A stretch of 64,000 nucleotides of DNA from Vicugna vicugna (lineage: Eukaryota): the NCBI GenBank assembly GCA_013265495.1, contig MU058844.1, positions 15,453,878 to 15,517,877 on the forward strand. Direction: 5' to 3'. Positions 38,236-49,250 of the stretch are shown here, one piece after another. The notes under the pieces were generated by a model. It was not told the DNA's origin, ran no database searches, and saw only the letters and a program-made list of their open reading frames with translations. How positions within the stretch are numbered: the stretch's first letter is position 1; every line of letters begins with the position of its first letter. The position numbers and the translations under genes are program-made.

Positions 38236-38479
38236 CTTTAAAAGAGAAAAAGTTTATAGGCTTTTTCCTCTTTCAAAGACTCAAACTATGTTGATTGTTA
38301 AATCTCGGAATTCTTGGAGGAAAAAAATGTCTATCACTCTTCTCCTTTTGTTAGTAGCTCTTTCTAAAGAGATGCTGTAGGTTCAAAAAGTTCGTTTAGA
38401 ATAGGTCTTCCTCATAGGATGGGCCTTATATCACCATAAGCAGCAGCATCTCATCTTCCTCTGCTACCTGATATATTTA

Positions 38480-38660
38480 CGGCACATCACTGTTTGTCAA
38501 GGGCTTTCCATACATCAACCACTCAATCCTCCTTAAAGATTTGTGAAGTAGAAGAAATTTAATCATCGGTGTGAACAGGTGGCTTGGGCAAAGTCATATA
38601 ACAAGCAGCAGGTAGATCCAAAGCTGGAACCCATACTCTCCATCTCCTCCTGGTGCTTCT
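38480..38660 (-). mobile_element. MIR SINE
   Basis: gctttccatacatcaaccactcaatcctcc..ggcttgggcaaagtcatataacaagcagcaggtagatccaaagctggaaccca. Confidence 0.7.
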
Positions 38661-40083
38661 TGTCACCCTCACACGTTGATTCTCAATTATGCCCATGTCT
38701 CTGCTTTCGACAATTCCAAATTCTGACGTTCTGTTTAGCTACTAGGCATCTGTTTCGTCGTTGTCCTTGAATTACTTAAAATCTACCAGGCAAGTGATAG
38801 AGGTAGGAGACACCCGATCGAAGAAGTCACAATCTATCTACAAAATCAACCACCCTCTTTGGCATAACTGCCCAGAAGACACGCAGTCATCACCACCGCC
38901 CCTAGTTAGAAAACAACAGGATTTTTGCCTGAGGTGAGATGGGAGAACAAAGCCCCAAACTGGCAATAGAAAAGCTTCAGAGGAGAGCGCTGGCATCAGT
39001 CTGATAAATTAGTGGAGCCAAGAACAAGAAAACGCAGTCCTTTCCAACACCCTGTGTGAAAACACAAGTAGGCGCAGTGACGTTTGTTCAAAAAGTCATC
39101 TGAAACATATTTTTAAGTTCCGATTAGCAGAAAACTCCTGCAAATCCAAAATTTCCACAAGTCGATTTCTTTCTGGGATCTGTTGGAGGATTTATTTGAT
39201 TCTGTTGATATCTTTTCACAGATCTCCAGTTCCTACCTAACGGAGCTGTTGGTCTCATGCTTAACCATTGCCAGGTGCGCGCAGCAGGAAACTGGTGTAT
39301 TTAACCACCCTACTGCTTTTAGACGTTTGCACTGGGCTGACAATTAAAACAGAATAATAATCATCCCACTGCACCTCTCAGCTACGCACATTAGGAACAG
39401 CCTGTAAACCCCGGGAGGAGGCAGGGAATCTAAACCAGCCAAAGACCGTGAGCAGGAACTCTTCTGACTCCAGCAGTTTAGGAATAATGCAGATAAATCA
39501 CAGAGCAAGCAAAGGGGAATAGAATGCATTTCTGGCTTGGCTCAGAGGAAAAGACATATGAGACACACTCGGGGAAACTAAATTTATACAGTCTAGAGAA
39601 TGAGCTTCAAGGAGGGAACCTGATCATAATCTATAAATACCACCAAGGTAACACCATAAATAATTAAGGAGAAGAACCTTTCGTTGTCTCTGAAGGAGGT
39701 CTAAAAATGAAGTTGTAGATTTACGTCTCCCTTCCTTTCCCCTTGGCATCAAAACACGTTTGTATTAAGAGTCCTTTGCTCTTGCCTGGGCTATACTGGG
39801 CAGAGCTCTGGACAGGCGGGTGCCTGTAGCCAGCCTGCCCTGCATGAGAGATACAACTAACTCTCTCTCCGTCCAGCCAAGCAGCTCAGACTCCCCACCC
39901 CTCCCTCAACAAAGCCACTTCAGGAGCAGAGGATAGGACCTCTCCCAGCACACGCCTCTGCCACTCCAGGAAGTCAGAGCTTCCAGACTTCTCTAAAACC
40001 CAAGCAGAGAACAGGGCTACATGTATTTTAAATATTCATATTTGCATCTACTTGCTCAAAAGAGTATTTAACATGTTCTGGGT

Positions 40084-40245
40084 CAGCGCTTCTCCATCGA
40101 AGGGCATACAAATCGCCCAGCGGTTTCCTTAAACGCAGCTGCTGATTTAGTAGTCTGGTGGGTGGAGCCTGAGATTCTGCATTTCTAACACTCTTACAGG
40201 TAATGCGGATACTGCTGGTCCACAGACCACACTTTGAGTAGCAAG
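40084..40245 (-). mobile_element. MER5A hAT MITE
   Basis: ggagcctgagattctgcatttctaaca ... ctgctggtccacagaccacactttgagtagcaag. Confidence 0.85.
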
Positions 40246-42180
40246 GAGCTAGGAGGTCAGAGTCCCTAGCTGTAGACAGACACAGAGAGACAACTAACAT
40301 ATGATACAGTAACATGCAATAGGCACCTAATCCAGCCTGAGAGGCAGAGAGAGCAAGCTTCCTGGGGAGGGCAATCCTTGAGCTGCGTCTACGAGATATT
40401 AGTGCAATTAAATACCAGGAAGGAGCACTCGGGAAATTCTCATGGTATTTTCATTCATAGATAATTAACAGGAATAATTCGAGGATTAGGAGAGAGTCTA
40501 TCGGCTGCTGATGCTCTTGGATTGGTCTGTAAGATTTTAAAGGGTTTTAACCTAAGACACTGTGGAGTAGAAATAGCACAAACTTTTGAGTCAAACAGCC
40601 TCTCTGAATTTCAGTTTCCCAATACAAAACACCTAGACTAAAAACCTGCCTCCGGGCTTGTAGAAGAGATAACAGAAGTAAGTTCTCAACAAATGTTAAA
40701 ACTCCTTTCCACTTTTACTGACACCTGAAATAAACGGCATTTCCTGAGTCACTGTAAATGCTTTTCCCCACCTCTGTCCGGTACAACTCCTTCCATTCCT
40801 GAGCATTCTAAATGTGCTTATGTCTAAGGAAAATCACACTGAATTTACAAATTTTACTCCCTTTTTAATGTGCCAAGTGTATTATCTCCCTTGCTCACTC
40901 AGCATTTTTAAAATAATTGCTCATGAATCTATCCTTCAACAGAAATAAAGATATGGCAAGCGTGTACCCTGGGTTTCTCAAGGCAGCTCTGATTTCAGTA
41001 TTCTGCCCACTCCTCAAACAACTGACTCCAATTTTTGGCTTAAAAATACGGTCACCAGAGATGTACAACAGAATCGTCTGAACTGCTGCCACAATTTCTG
41101 GGAAATGTTTTCCTAAATTTTTTTTTATTCAATAAGCTTAGTTTGACAAATGTCTATTTTCAAATGCCTACCTGTGAGACTCTATGGGGCCAGTCTACAG
41201 GATTATGACCCCATCCCTGTCCTCCGGTTGTCCATTCTCTGGTGGGTGATTATGTGTGCGCTGGGCAGTGGATGGCAAGAGGTGGGAGAAAGTCTCCACC
41301 GGAGAAGCTCACCCCATTGCAGTCTGGTGTTTGGTGCCAAGTCACCTGATTGTTTTAATGCCTATCTTCTTTATCTCTCTGGCCCCCATAAAAAGACTGA
41401 AAGAATAGATGCCTAAATGCCAAAGTCATCTCTAATATCATATATGTGTGCCCGGTGGTTCATCTGAACTTAGCGTCTGTAGCTCAAAGGCTGTCTTCCT
41501 AACAGACACAAAATGGACTATAAAGGCTATTCAGGAGTGAGAGGGTCTCCTCCCCGAAATCTCCCGACAGAGTATGGAATTTGCCCCCAAGAGAGCATCA
41601 AGAATACACTTTGTGGTTGGCCAGCTCCTAACGAATGTGGAAGCCCAATAAACTAGAATTCCAGAGGGAGTAGATATGGAAAACACACTGTTCTTGCCCC
41701 TGTTCTATCATGAAGAATAGGATTGAGTCTTATGGCTAATCTTTAAATCATTTTTACTTAAGAAATTTTGGGGCAAGAAAGGGAAAAGATCTACAAAAGA
41801 GCCAAGTGTTGACTATGGCAATTATGATGATGAACGATTTGCTGAACCATTTATCACACAGGGATTTGTGCTCTCTGTGAGCACTATAATATTATTACTG
41901 TACACCGTGCCCCTTGAAATACAATTCTAGCAGTGGAAGCCACTGCTTCTCTACTCTCTACATTTTTAGAAAAGTTATAAGAAGAGAGAGCAATTAGGAA
42001 AGTCATTCAGGGGACTCTCAATAAACCTAAAAGTATACCCATTCCACTACCGATAGAAAGATCAAAGCTTGATTTTAATCCCCAAATAGCTGGACCACCA
42101 AACATCACTTCTTTCCATGCACTGTTGCTTAGACTTGAGTTATACAGTTCAATAATGTTTTTTTTAAAAAAATGTTCCTT

Positions 42181-42381
42181 TTGTGTATATTTCCCTGTGC
42201 TATACAGTATAATCTTGTTTATACACAAAACGTTATGGTAGCTCATAGAGAAAAAAATGTGACAATGAGTGTGTATATGTCCATGTATGACTGAAAAATT
42301 GTGCTGAACACTGGAACTTGACACAACATTGTAAAATGATTATAAATCAATAAAAGATGTTAAAAAACAAAACAAACAAAC
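42181..42381 (+). mobile_element. Short young L1 3' end with 5' inversion
   Basis: 42181-42222 is the reverse complement of the L1 3' UTR segment ataaacaagattatactgtatagcacagggaaatatacacaa; 42221-42381 is the forward continuation to the A-rich tail. TSD aaaaatgttcctt / aaaaatgttccct. Confidence 0.92.
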
Positions 42382-43321
42382 AAAAATGTTCCCTGAGTAA
42401 CAAAATTTCCAATAGGAAGTCTGTCTACCCACGGGAAAAAAGGAAATATGCAGATATCCAAGGTTCAAGGTAACACTTCACCTCAACCCCAAACCCAAAT
42501 CACTGACTCAGTTTGGTGGTGTTGATGGTTTGGCCCCATTTCTATTTTCAGAAGTGTATTTCTGTCTTCAGGCTACATAGGTAAGAGGATCAAGCCAGAT
42601 TTACTAATGGCACAGACTTGCGTTCTGACCTAATACACATCTAATCATTGAGGTTTGCAAATTTCCACCTACTAGGTCCCTTCAGCCCATGTCCATCCAC
42701 TGCTAATGCAGAGAACAAGAAATCTTCAGTAATGCAGAGCCATTTTAATCTCATTACTGTCACAAATTCTTCATAGTATCTCCCTAAACCACCTTCTTTT
42801 CTAAAACTAGACCTCAATTATCTTCACCTGGATTACCACTCTGCCCGATTTCAAATTCCTAATTTTTAACATTTCTGTAGTCAGACAACCTTCAAATGTA
42901 CTAAAAACAGCTTCCTTTACAGTTTTTTTTATCCTGGCCTTAGATCTCATCGTAAGACATTGATACACATCGGTAAATTCTCAGAAACAATCCATATTTT
43001 CTGATTTAACTTTTATTAGTTTCTCCATCATCTGAACAATCCATCAGTCCTCCCTGGGCATCGCCAACGTGCGTGGCCCTGAGTTAGGAGCTAAAGAAGA
43101 GATAAAAAGGTAGTGACCATCCTCCCATGACTCGAGACATTTAATCAAGCACCTAACAACCATTAGTCAGGGATTTACTTTCCTTCGCATTTTCTTATGT
43201 TCTTATTTACTTTGATCATTCCAGGAAATGCATTCATCTTCTCCTAAATCAGACTACCCTTCACAGACAGTAATTTCAGTGAATGAGAAGAACAAGGCTA
43301 AGTGTCAAAAGCTGAACTGTC

Positions 43322-43695
43322 TAGTGCTTCTCAAACGTTAATGTCCATGTAAGCTGCCTGAAAGCTTGGTCTTTTTGTTTGGGTTTTATTTGGGGGGGGG
43401 GATTATACTATTTCTTTTTTACTGAAGCATATTTGACACACAGTATTATATTAGTTTCATGTGGACAGCACAGTGATTTGACATTTATGTACATTGTGAA
43501 ATGATCTCCACAATTAGTTTAATCACCCTGTCACCATACGAAGTGAGTACAATATTATTGACTTTATTCCCCACGTTTGGAAGTCTTGTTTAAGTGTAGA
43601 TTCTGACTCAGTACATCTAGGCTGGGCCTGAGAATATGCATTTCCAACGAGCTCCCTGATGATGCCTGAGGCTGATGCTCCTAGAACACCGAGAG
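43322..43695 (-). mobile_element. MER5A-type MITE split by an L1 3' end
   Basis: agtgcttctcaaacgttaatgtcc ... then agattctgactcagtacatctaggctgggcctgagaatatgcatttccaacgagctccc. Confidence 0.75.
43371..43575 (-). mobile_element. L1 3' UTR fragment inserted in MER5A
   Basis: T-rich tail then actgaagcatatttgacacacagtattatattagtttca..acagcacagtgatttgacattt..aaatgatctccacaattagttta. Confidence 0.85.
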
Positions 43696-44454
43696 CAAGG
43701 TGGTACCCTGGAAGGTCTGTGAGAGCAGGATCCTACCTGACTTTCACACCTCGCTCTAGACCAGTGCCTGGCCCACTGCCTCGCATGTTGTAAATGCTCC
43801 ATTGCTATCTCTGCAGTGAATAATTAGTCGTGGAAGAGACATAATTAAAGAAGAAGAACCTAGGAAAGAAGTGCATTCATCTCAACTCAATTTTTCTCTT
43901 GGACAGAGTTGGGCAAATCTTTTTAAACCCGACTTCACAACCTGGCCATCAAACTCACCCATCCTGACTTATGGTCCCTCTCCTTCTGCTTTCTCCCACA
44001 CATCTTCCCCCGAGAATGGATCAGTTCCCCCCACCGCGTGTACGTAAATCCATGCCCATCATATAGCGTGCCCCTAACCTGCTCCTCTTCATGGCAGCCT
44101 AGACCCACGGCCGCCAGCCTCTTCAGCTCAAGTACCACCTCTCCCACCAAGTTCTGCCCAGCTTCCTCGGCCGCCCTCCCAGGAAGTCTGCACCTCACAG
44201 ATCTTCTCGGACGTTGGACGTAAAGCAAAATGACATACAAGCAGCTCCCTTGCAGAGATAATTAGTCACTTTGACGGCAAAGTGGTGAAATAGCCTTTTG
44301 TCAGAGTAAAATTCACTGAGAGAGCCAGCTGTCCTGCATCTGCATGGTCACTGCCAAGTAAATAAAGAATATTCATCACATTCTGTTCTTTACTTGGGAC
44401 ACAAGGTCAAGTGAAACATTTGAGTCAAGCTATATGTAAAGACAAGACACCAGG

Positions 44455-44685
44455 ATGTGCTGGGGTACAGTGGTCAGAGCATGGGTTTCGGAGCCCAACA
44501 CCTGGGTTTAAATCCTGGCTCCAACACTGTTACATCCATGGCTTTGGCCAAGTCCTCTGGCTGGTGGGAGCCCAAAGCTCTGCATTAAAAGGGGAAAATG
44601 ACACCGAACACATTTTGTAAAGATTAAATAAGATGACAGACGTAGACTGCTTAGCCCAGTGCCTGGCACAGAGCAGGTGCCCAAA
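44455..44685 (+). mobile_element. MIR SINE
   Basis: gtggtcagagcatgggtttcggagcccaacacctgggtttaaatcctggctcc ... gtaaagattaaataagatg ... cttagcccagtgcctggcacagagcagg. Confidence 0.9.
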
Positions 44686-44726
44686 GTTTCCTCCTGTGAC
44701 CATGACCACAGAGGGTTTTATGCAGG

Positions 44727-44910
44727 CAATGGTTCTCAAAATGTGGTTCTCAGAGGCAGCGCCAATATCAGCCAGAAACTTGCAGAAATACAAGTTCTCA
44801 GGCCCCATTGCTGACTTAATTAGGAACTCTGAGGCTGAGGTCCAGCAACCTGTGTTTTAACAAGCCCTCCTGATGAATCAGACGCTCCCGAGGTTTCAGA
44901 AGCAACGTTG
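44727..44910 (+). mobile_element. MER5A hAT MITE
   Basis: caatggttctcaaaatgtggttctcag ... cagcaacctgtgttttaacaagccctcc. Confidence 0.88.
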
Positions 44911-45180
44911 TAAAGATTAAAGACACCGCAGGTGTAAACCACTGTTAGGCACAGGAGGAGATACTAAACGGGCTCCTATTATTTTTAACAGGACATGATT
45001 TTTGTTCATAAAGTGCCTTCATTCCACTTCCTGACACTAACATCTGCTGCCGCAGTGTATTGAACTAACTACTCCGTCGCTTCAGTTAACGGTGCTATCT
45101 AATTGCCAACCTTTGAGAGTGCCCCGAGCTGCTGCTCACAAACTATTTAATTGCTCATCCCATTGCCTACCTAGAAACAT

Positions 45181-45340
45181 CCCGAGGGTCTCATGACCAG
45201 TGGCTGACCCCGGCTGGCTGCAGGAGCAGGGCCGCCAGCTCTCCCATCGCCTGGGAAAGTCACGCTGGAGGCTCGAGCGCTGTCCGCACTCCAGTCCTGA
45301 CGCTCCCCGTGGCCGCGCGAACCAACTGCGCACCGGATTC
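45181..45340. promoter_or_regulatory. CpG-dense non-repeat micro-island (candidate regulatory element)
   Basis: 15 CpG in 160 bp by manual count, in otherwise CpG-poor intron; no repeat family recognised. Regulatory function is inferred. Confidence 0.5.
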
Positions 45341-48300
45341 TGGACTGCTTTGACTTTCTTAAGCTTCAATTTTCTCTTCCTATTTTTCTTTGCTTTTATT
45401 TGTTGAGTACTTGGTGGGGCAGGGGGGTCGGGAAGGCGGGAGTTGGAAAGAGTTGCTTTTGTTTCCTTAACTGCAGAACAGTAAAACTTTTCCATAAAAA
45501 CTGTGCATCGCTCAAGGCCAGACCGTTAAAGCAGCTGGGGCATTTTGGGCACTGCCTGTTACTGATTTTATTTCCTTTTTCACTGCACTTGCGAGCAAGT
45601 CATTTATCTTTAAGTTAGCAAGCAAGAAATGGGAAATAAAAGAAATATGTTTTATTTAAAGCAGTGTTTGGGGCTAGTCATGATGAGGGGAGTGGGCACT
45701 GCCTACGCTGAGTTCATTTTCATTACGCTGCACTGAAAACCAAGTCATTTATCATTTTTTGGAGTCCCACTATCATCTCCCTGCTGCCCTTCCTTCTCTT
45801 GGTTCCCTCCCCCAGACCCCTCACCCCACTGTCATATAGTGTTCTTGAATCTTGATGATAATAACCTGGTGAAATCCAAGACAAGTGATCTCTCTGGGTA
45901 CCAAGCCCCAAGACACCCTGGTCCTCTCTGAGGGAGCTCACATGGAATAAACTAACCATCATTTCAGGTGTAAACCAGAAAGGAGCCTTTTTTCCTATCC
46001 AAATGGGAAAAATAATAATCAAAGGAGATAATCTACTTCTACCACTTACTCTTCTTTAAAATGGAGATAGGTGACCCCACCATCTATCAGTGCAATGTGT
46101 AATACAACAGCGAAGCAAGGATGGAACAAGCTAGAAGTGTCCTCAAAAACCAAAGACACCATTGTTCTTTAACAAGTCTCATTTGCTTGCTTTTAAATCA
46201 CGGCACAACATCCACTTTGATGACTTGGGAGAAAAAGCCATTGCATTATCAACGTGGAAGGAAAAAAAGGGTTCAGTGCAATTCACGTTCCCAAAGAAAA
46301 CTGGATTTTTTTCCTGCAGGCTAAATCTTGTTTTAAAATTGCTGAGTTTGTTGTCAACTAGTTAAACTTTTAAAGACTGGTTTATCTGAGGTGGATGAAC
46401 TCTGCCAACACTATTCTTTATTTAATATCCAAAAGTAAGGCTATACCTTTAATGCTCCCATAATGCCCTCTGCTTGGTTGATCATAGTAGTCAATGTGTG
46501 ATAAACGAGGTGTTCCTATCTGTCTCCTAATCGCGCGAAGGTGAGCTGGGAAGCACGCACTATAACTTGAGTCTAGCAAAAGTTAAAAATGTGGCAAACT
46601 CTCCATAAGTACATTTGTAATGGAGTGAATGAATAAGAACTTTATAAAACTTTGAAACTACTTTGTACATTTATACAGACCTGTTTTCAATGACACCAGA
46701 ATAATGAGACCAGATAAAAATGGAAATACCAGAAGGATAAGTCATTATACAGAAGCTTAAGTGATTTAGCTGTTAAAATAAACTAGATATTATAGTGTAA
46801 GCTAAAACAAATAATAAACTGTTTACTCAAATAGGATTATGTCAATTAGGAAAATCCCTTGAAATTATGCCACCTGAAAACTAACAGTATGACAGGGCTA
46901 CGAAGTTAGCAGCAAAGAAAATCCTTGCTCACTGTAAAATTACTTCACTCCACGTAAAATGAAATCTTGTCACATTAAACCATTTCAGCAAATTTTCTCT
47001 CCTGGCTCAGTCCACTCATGATGCATGTGTACTAGAGTTTCTCTGTAAAACGTAACATGATGGAAAAGTACTAAGTCTCAGAAGTATCCAGAAGATGACC
47101 TACACGCTCCCCACCTAGCCCCCCTCCACGTCCCCGCCAGCAAAGGATAACAGTTCAAATCGCTCTCCAACTGTATCTTCCTAAAACCATGATGGATTAA
47201 ATCATCAATAATCCAAAGGTAAATGGAAAACTGTTTCTTTATCTTTAGGCTTATGTATAAGTATTTAAAAAGAAAATGAACAATGTGAACACTGCTTATG
47301 AAAAGAATATTGATCAAACTTAAACCTGAACCATTAAATTGTACTAAAGTAACCTACCAGAAAAAAGAAATTCCAATGAGGCAATTACTTATAATGTGTC
47401 CATAACACTCAGTTTCTGTTTTAACTGCTCCTGAATGCCTCACCCACCTATCCATGCCAGGCTCCATAGAAATCTAATTTTACTGTGTGTCAACACATGG
47501 CAAAACAAAGTACACCAAGCTAGCATCAAACTCAGAATTTACTTTTGGGGGCCTCAGATTTAAATACTTTGGCTCTGGTTGACATAATTCACAACCTGAC
47601 ATTGTTTAAACCTGGTAAGCCAGGTTTTTCTCTCTGATATCCCTGGGCCATTCACAAAGCGTGTCAGTATGCAAAAACCACAGTGACTGGTGTTGATCAG
47701 GTAAAAGCGAAGCAAGGACAATTGCTAAACCTGGGCTGCTTGGCCTGTACACACTCCAAGTGAGAAAATCGAGGAGCAAATGTGGAAGTGAGAAACAAGC
47801 GACAAAAGGAAGTCTTAGCAGAACAAATTCCCAAAACAACCTTTTGAAAGTCAAAGCTAGTTCTTTTATATTTCCAGTCTGATATGTAATCAAATAGCTT
47901 AGGTGTTAATTTTATGGTGCATCTTTTTTTTTCCTTTAAAATTAATCCCATAAAAGAGAATAACTACTAAGAGCTAGTTTCATCTGGGATTTAAGGCGCT
48001 TCAAACAGGAAAAAAAAAATAAAAAGTTGTTCCAGTCTGCAAGCAGAAAAATAATTAAATAAATCACCCCTAAAATGATACCAAACATCTCTTAATTGTG
48101 GTCTCAGAGCAGTTTCCTCTTTTGTCAACGTCACTACGAATATTGTGCTGAATTATGCAAAGAAATCTCTATGGTCAGTTTGGTGATTCAGTGCTTTCTA
48201 CTAAACGACCCATTAAATCATAATGATTTCCCAAATACAAATAGTTTTAGACCATGATGAACCTAACCTAAGTATTTTAATCAGGAAGAAGACTTAAGGA

Positions 48301-49084
48301 AGTGTGAAAAGACCATTCATTCATTCACTCATTCTCTCAATAAGTATTTATTAATTTGAGAAATCTACACCAGACTCCTATGACTGCCCAACCCTCAGAT
48401 CTCACCCCTATGCCCCGTTTTCTCTGCAGAAGTCCTAGTATTAATTAAGGGGATGTAAGGAAAGGACCCCCCCACACACTCAGATTTCATTATCACTAAT
48501 CGGAGTGCCTGCTCAGTGTCTTCAACATCCGTGCCCTTCCTTCTCACTGGACGGGTCAGATCAAGTCATTTTCTGAAATAAGCTTCAGTTTGTAGAAGAC
48601 ATGCATAAGATAAAGGTCCCCACAAAGAGTACCGCCCCAAAAATCAAAATCTGTTAGTAGACCTTATTTTTCCCTCTACTCTGTAAATGTATGCTTAAAG
48701 GAGCAAAACCTAGATTCATAAAATCGAAGAACTTCAGAGCTTACAGGGACAGAGACAGAGACAGTGATAGATACATAAAGAATAATCTAACCCAGGAGTT
48801 TCCAAGGAAGGGTCCCCAGATTGCGGCCACTTCTTCCCAATGCGTTCACCACTTAGGTCAAAATGAGAAAAGCAAGGGCAACGTGCTGAGTTTTCACAAA
48901 GCTTAATTTGTTCAACAGGAAGGGTGATCTATTACGCTGAGAGTGCAGCTCCTACTTTCTTGGGGTTAAAATAGACTCTCTTTGACAAGACGATGACAGT
49001 AATGATGGTGTTTTGTTGGGGGAAGAGTTCCTTGTGCTTAACTGGAAGATTAAAAGTTGGCAAACCTCTGTAGGTCCACAGCAC

Positions 49085-49250
49085 TTGCTTCTTTGTTTTT
49101 CTGTTGTATGAATTCCCTAAGCTTCCATTTCATTTAATCCAAACACCATCATTTTATAGACAAAGCCTCGTGAGATAAGGGACTAGAACACAGTCACATA
49201 GCCTAGTAAGTGCCAGGATGGGACATAGGATTAGTCTCTTGACAAATCTT
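49085..49250 (-). mobile_element. MIR SINE
   Basis: tttcatttaatccaaacaccatcattttatagacaaagcctcgtgagataaggg..cacagtcacatagcctagtaagtgccaggatggg. Confidence 0.7.

Noticed and set aside
44079-44205. 127-bp cassette exon that would join the MGEL frame at 45247 in frame to TRHDE
   Set aside because: The acceptor is poor (ccgAG, G at -3) and the MGEL frame has an in-frame TGA at 45193-45191, so the fusion needs two unlikely events.
45136-45495. 119-aa ORF (MEKFYCSAVK...GMFLG) over the CpG cluster
   Set aside because: No recognisable homology; the K-rich part simply mirrors a T-rich + strand tract; splicing at 45171 in this frame hits a stop early in the TRHDE exon.
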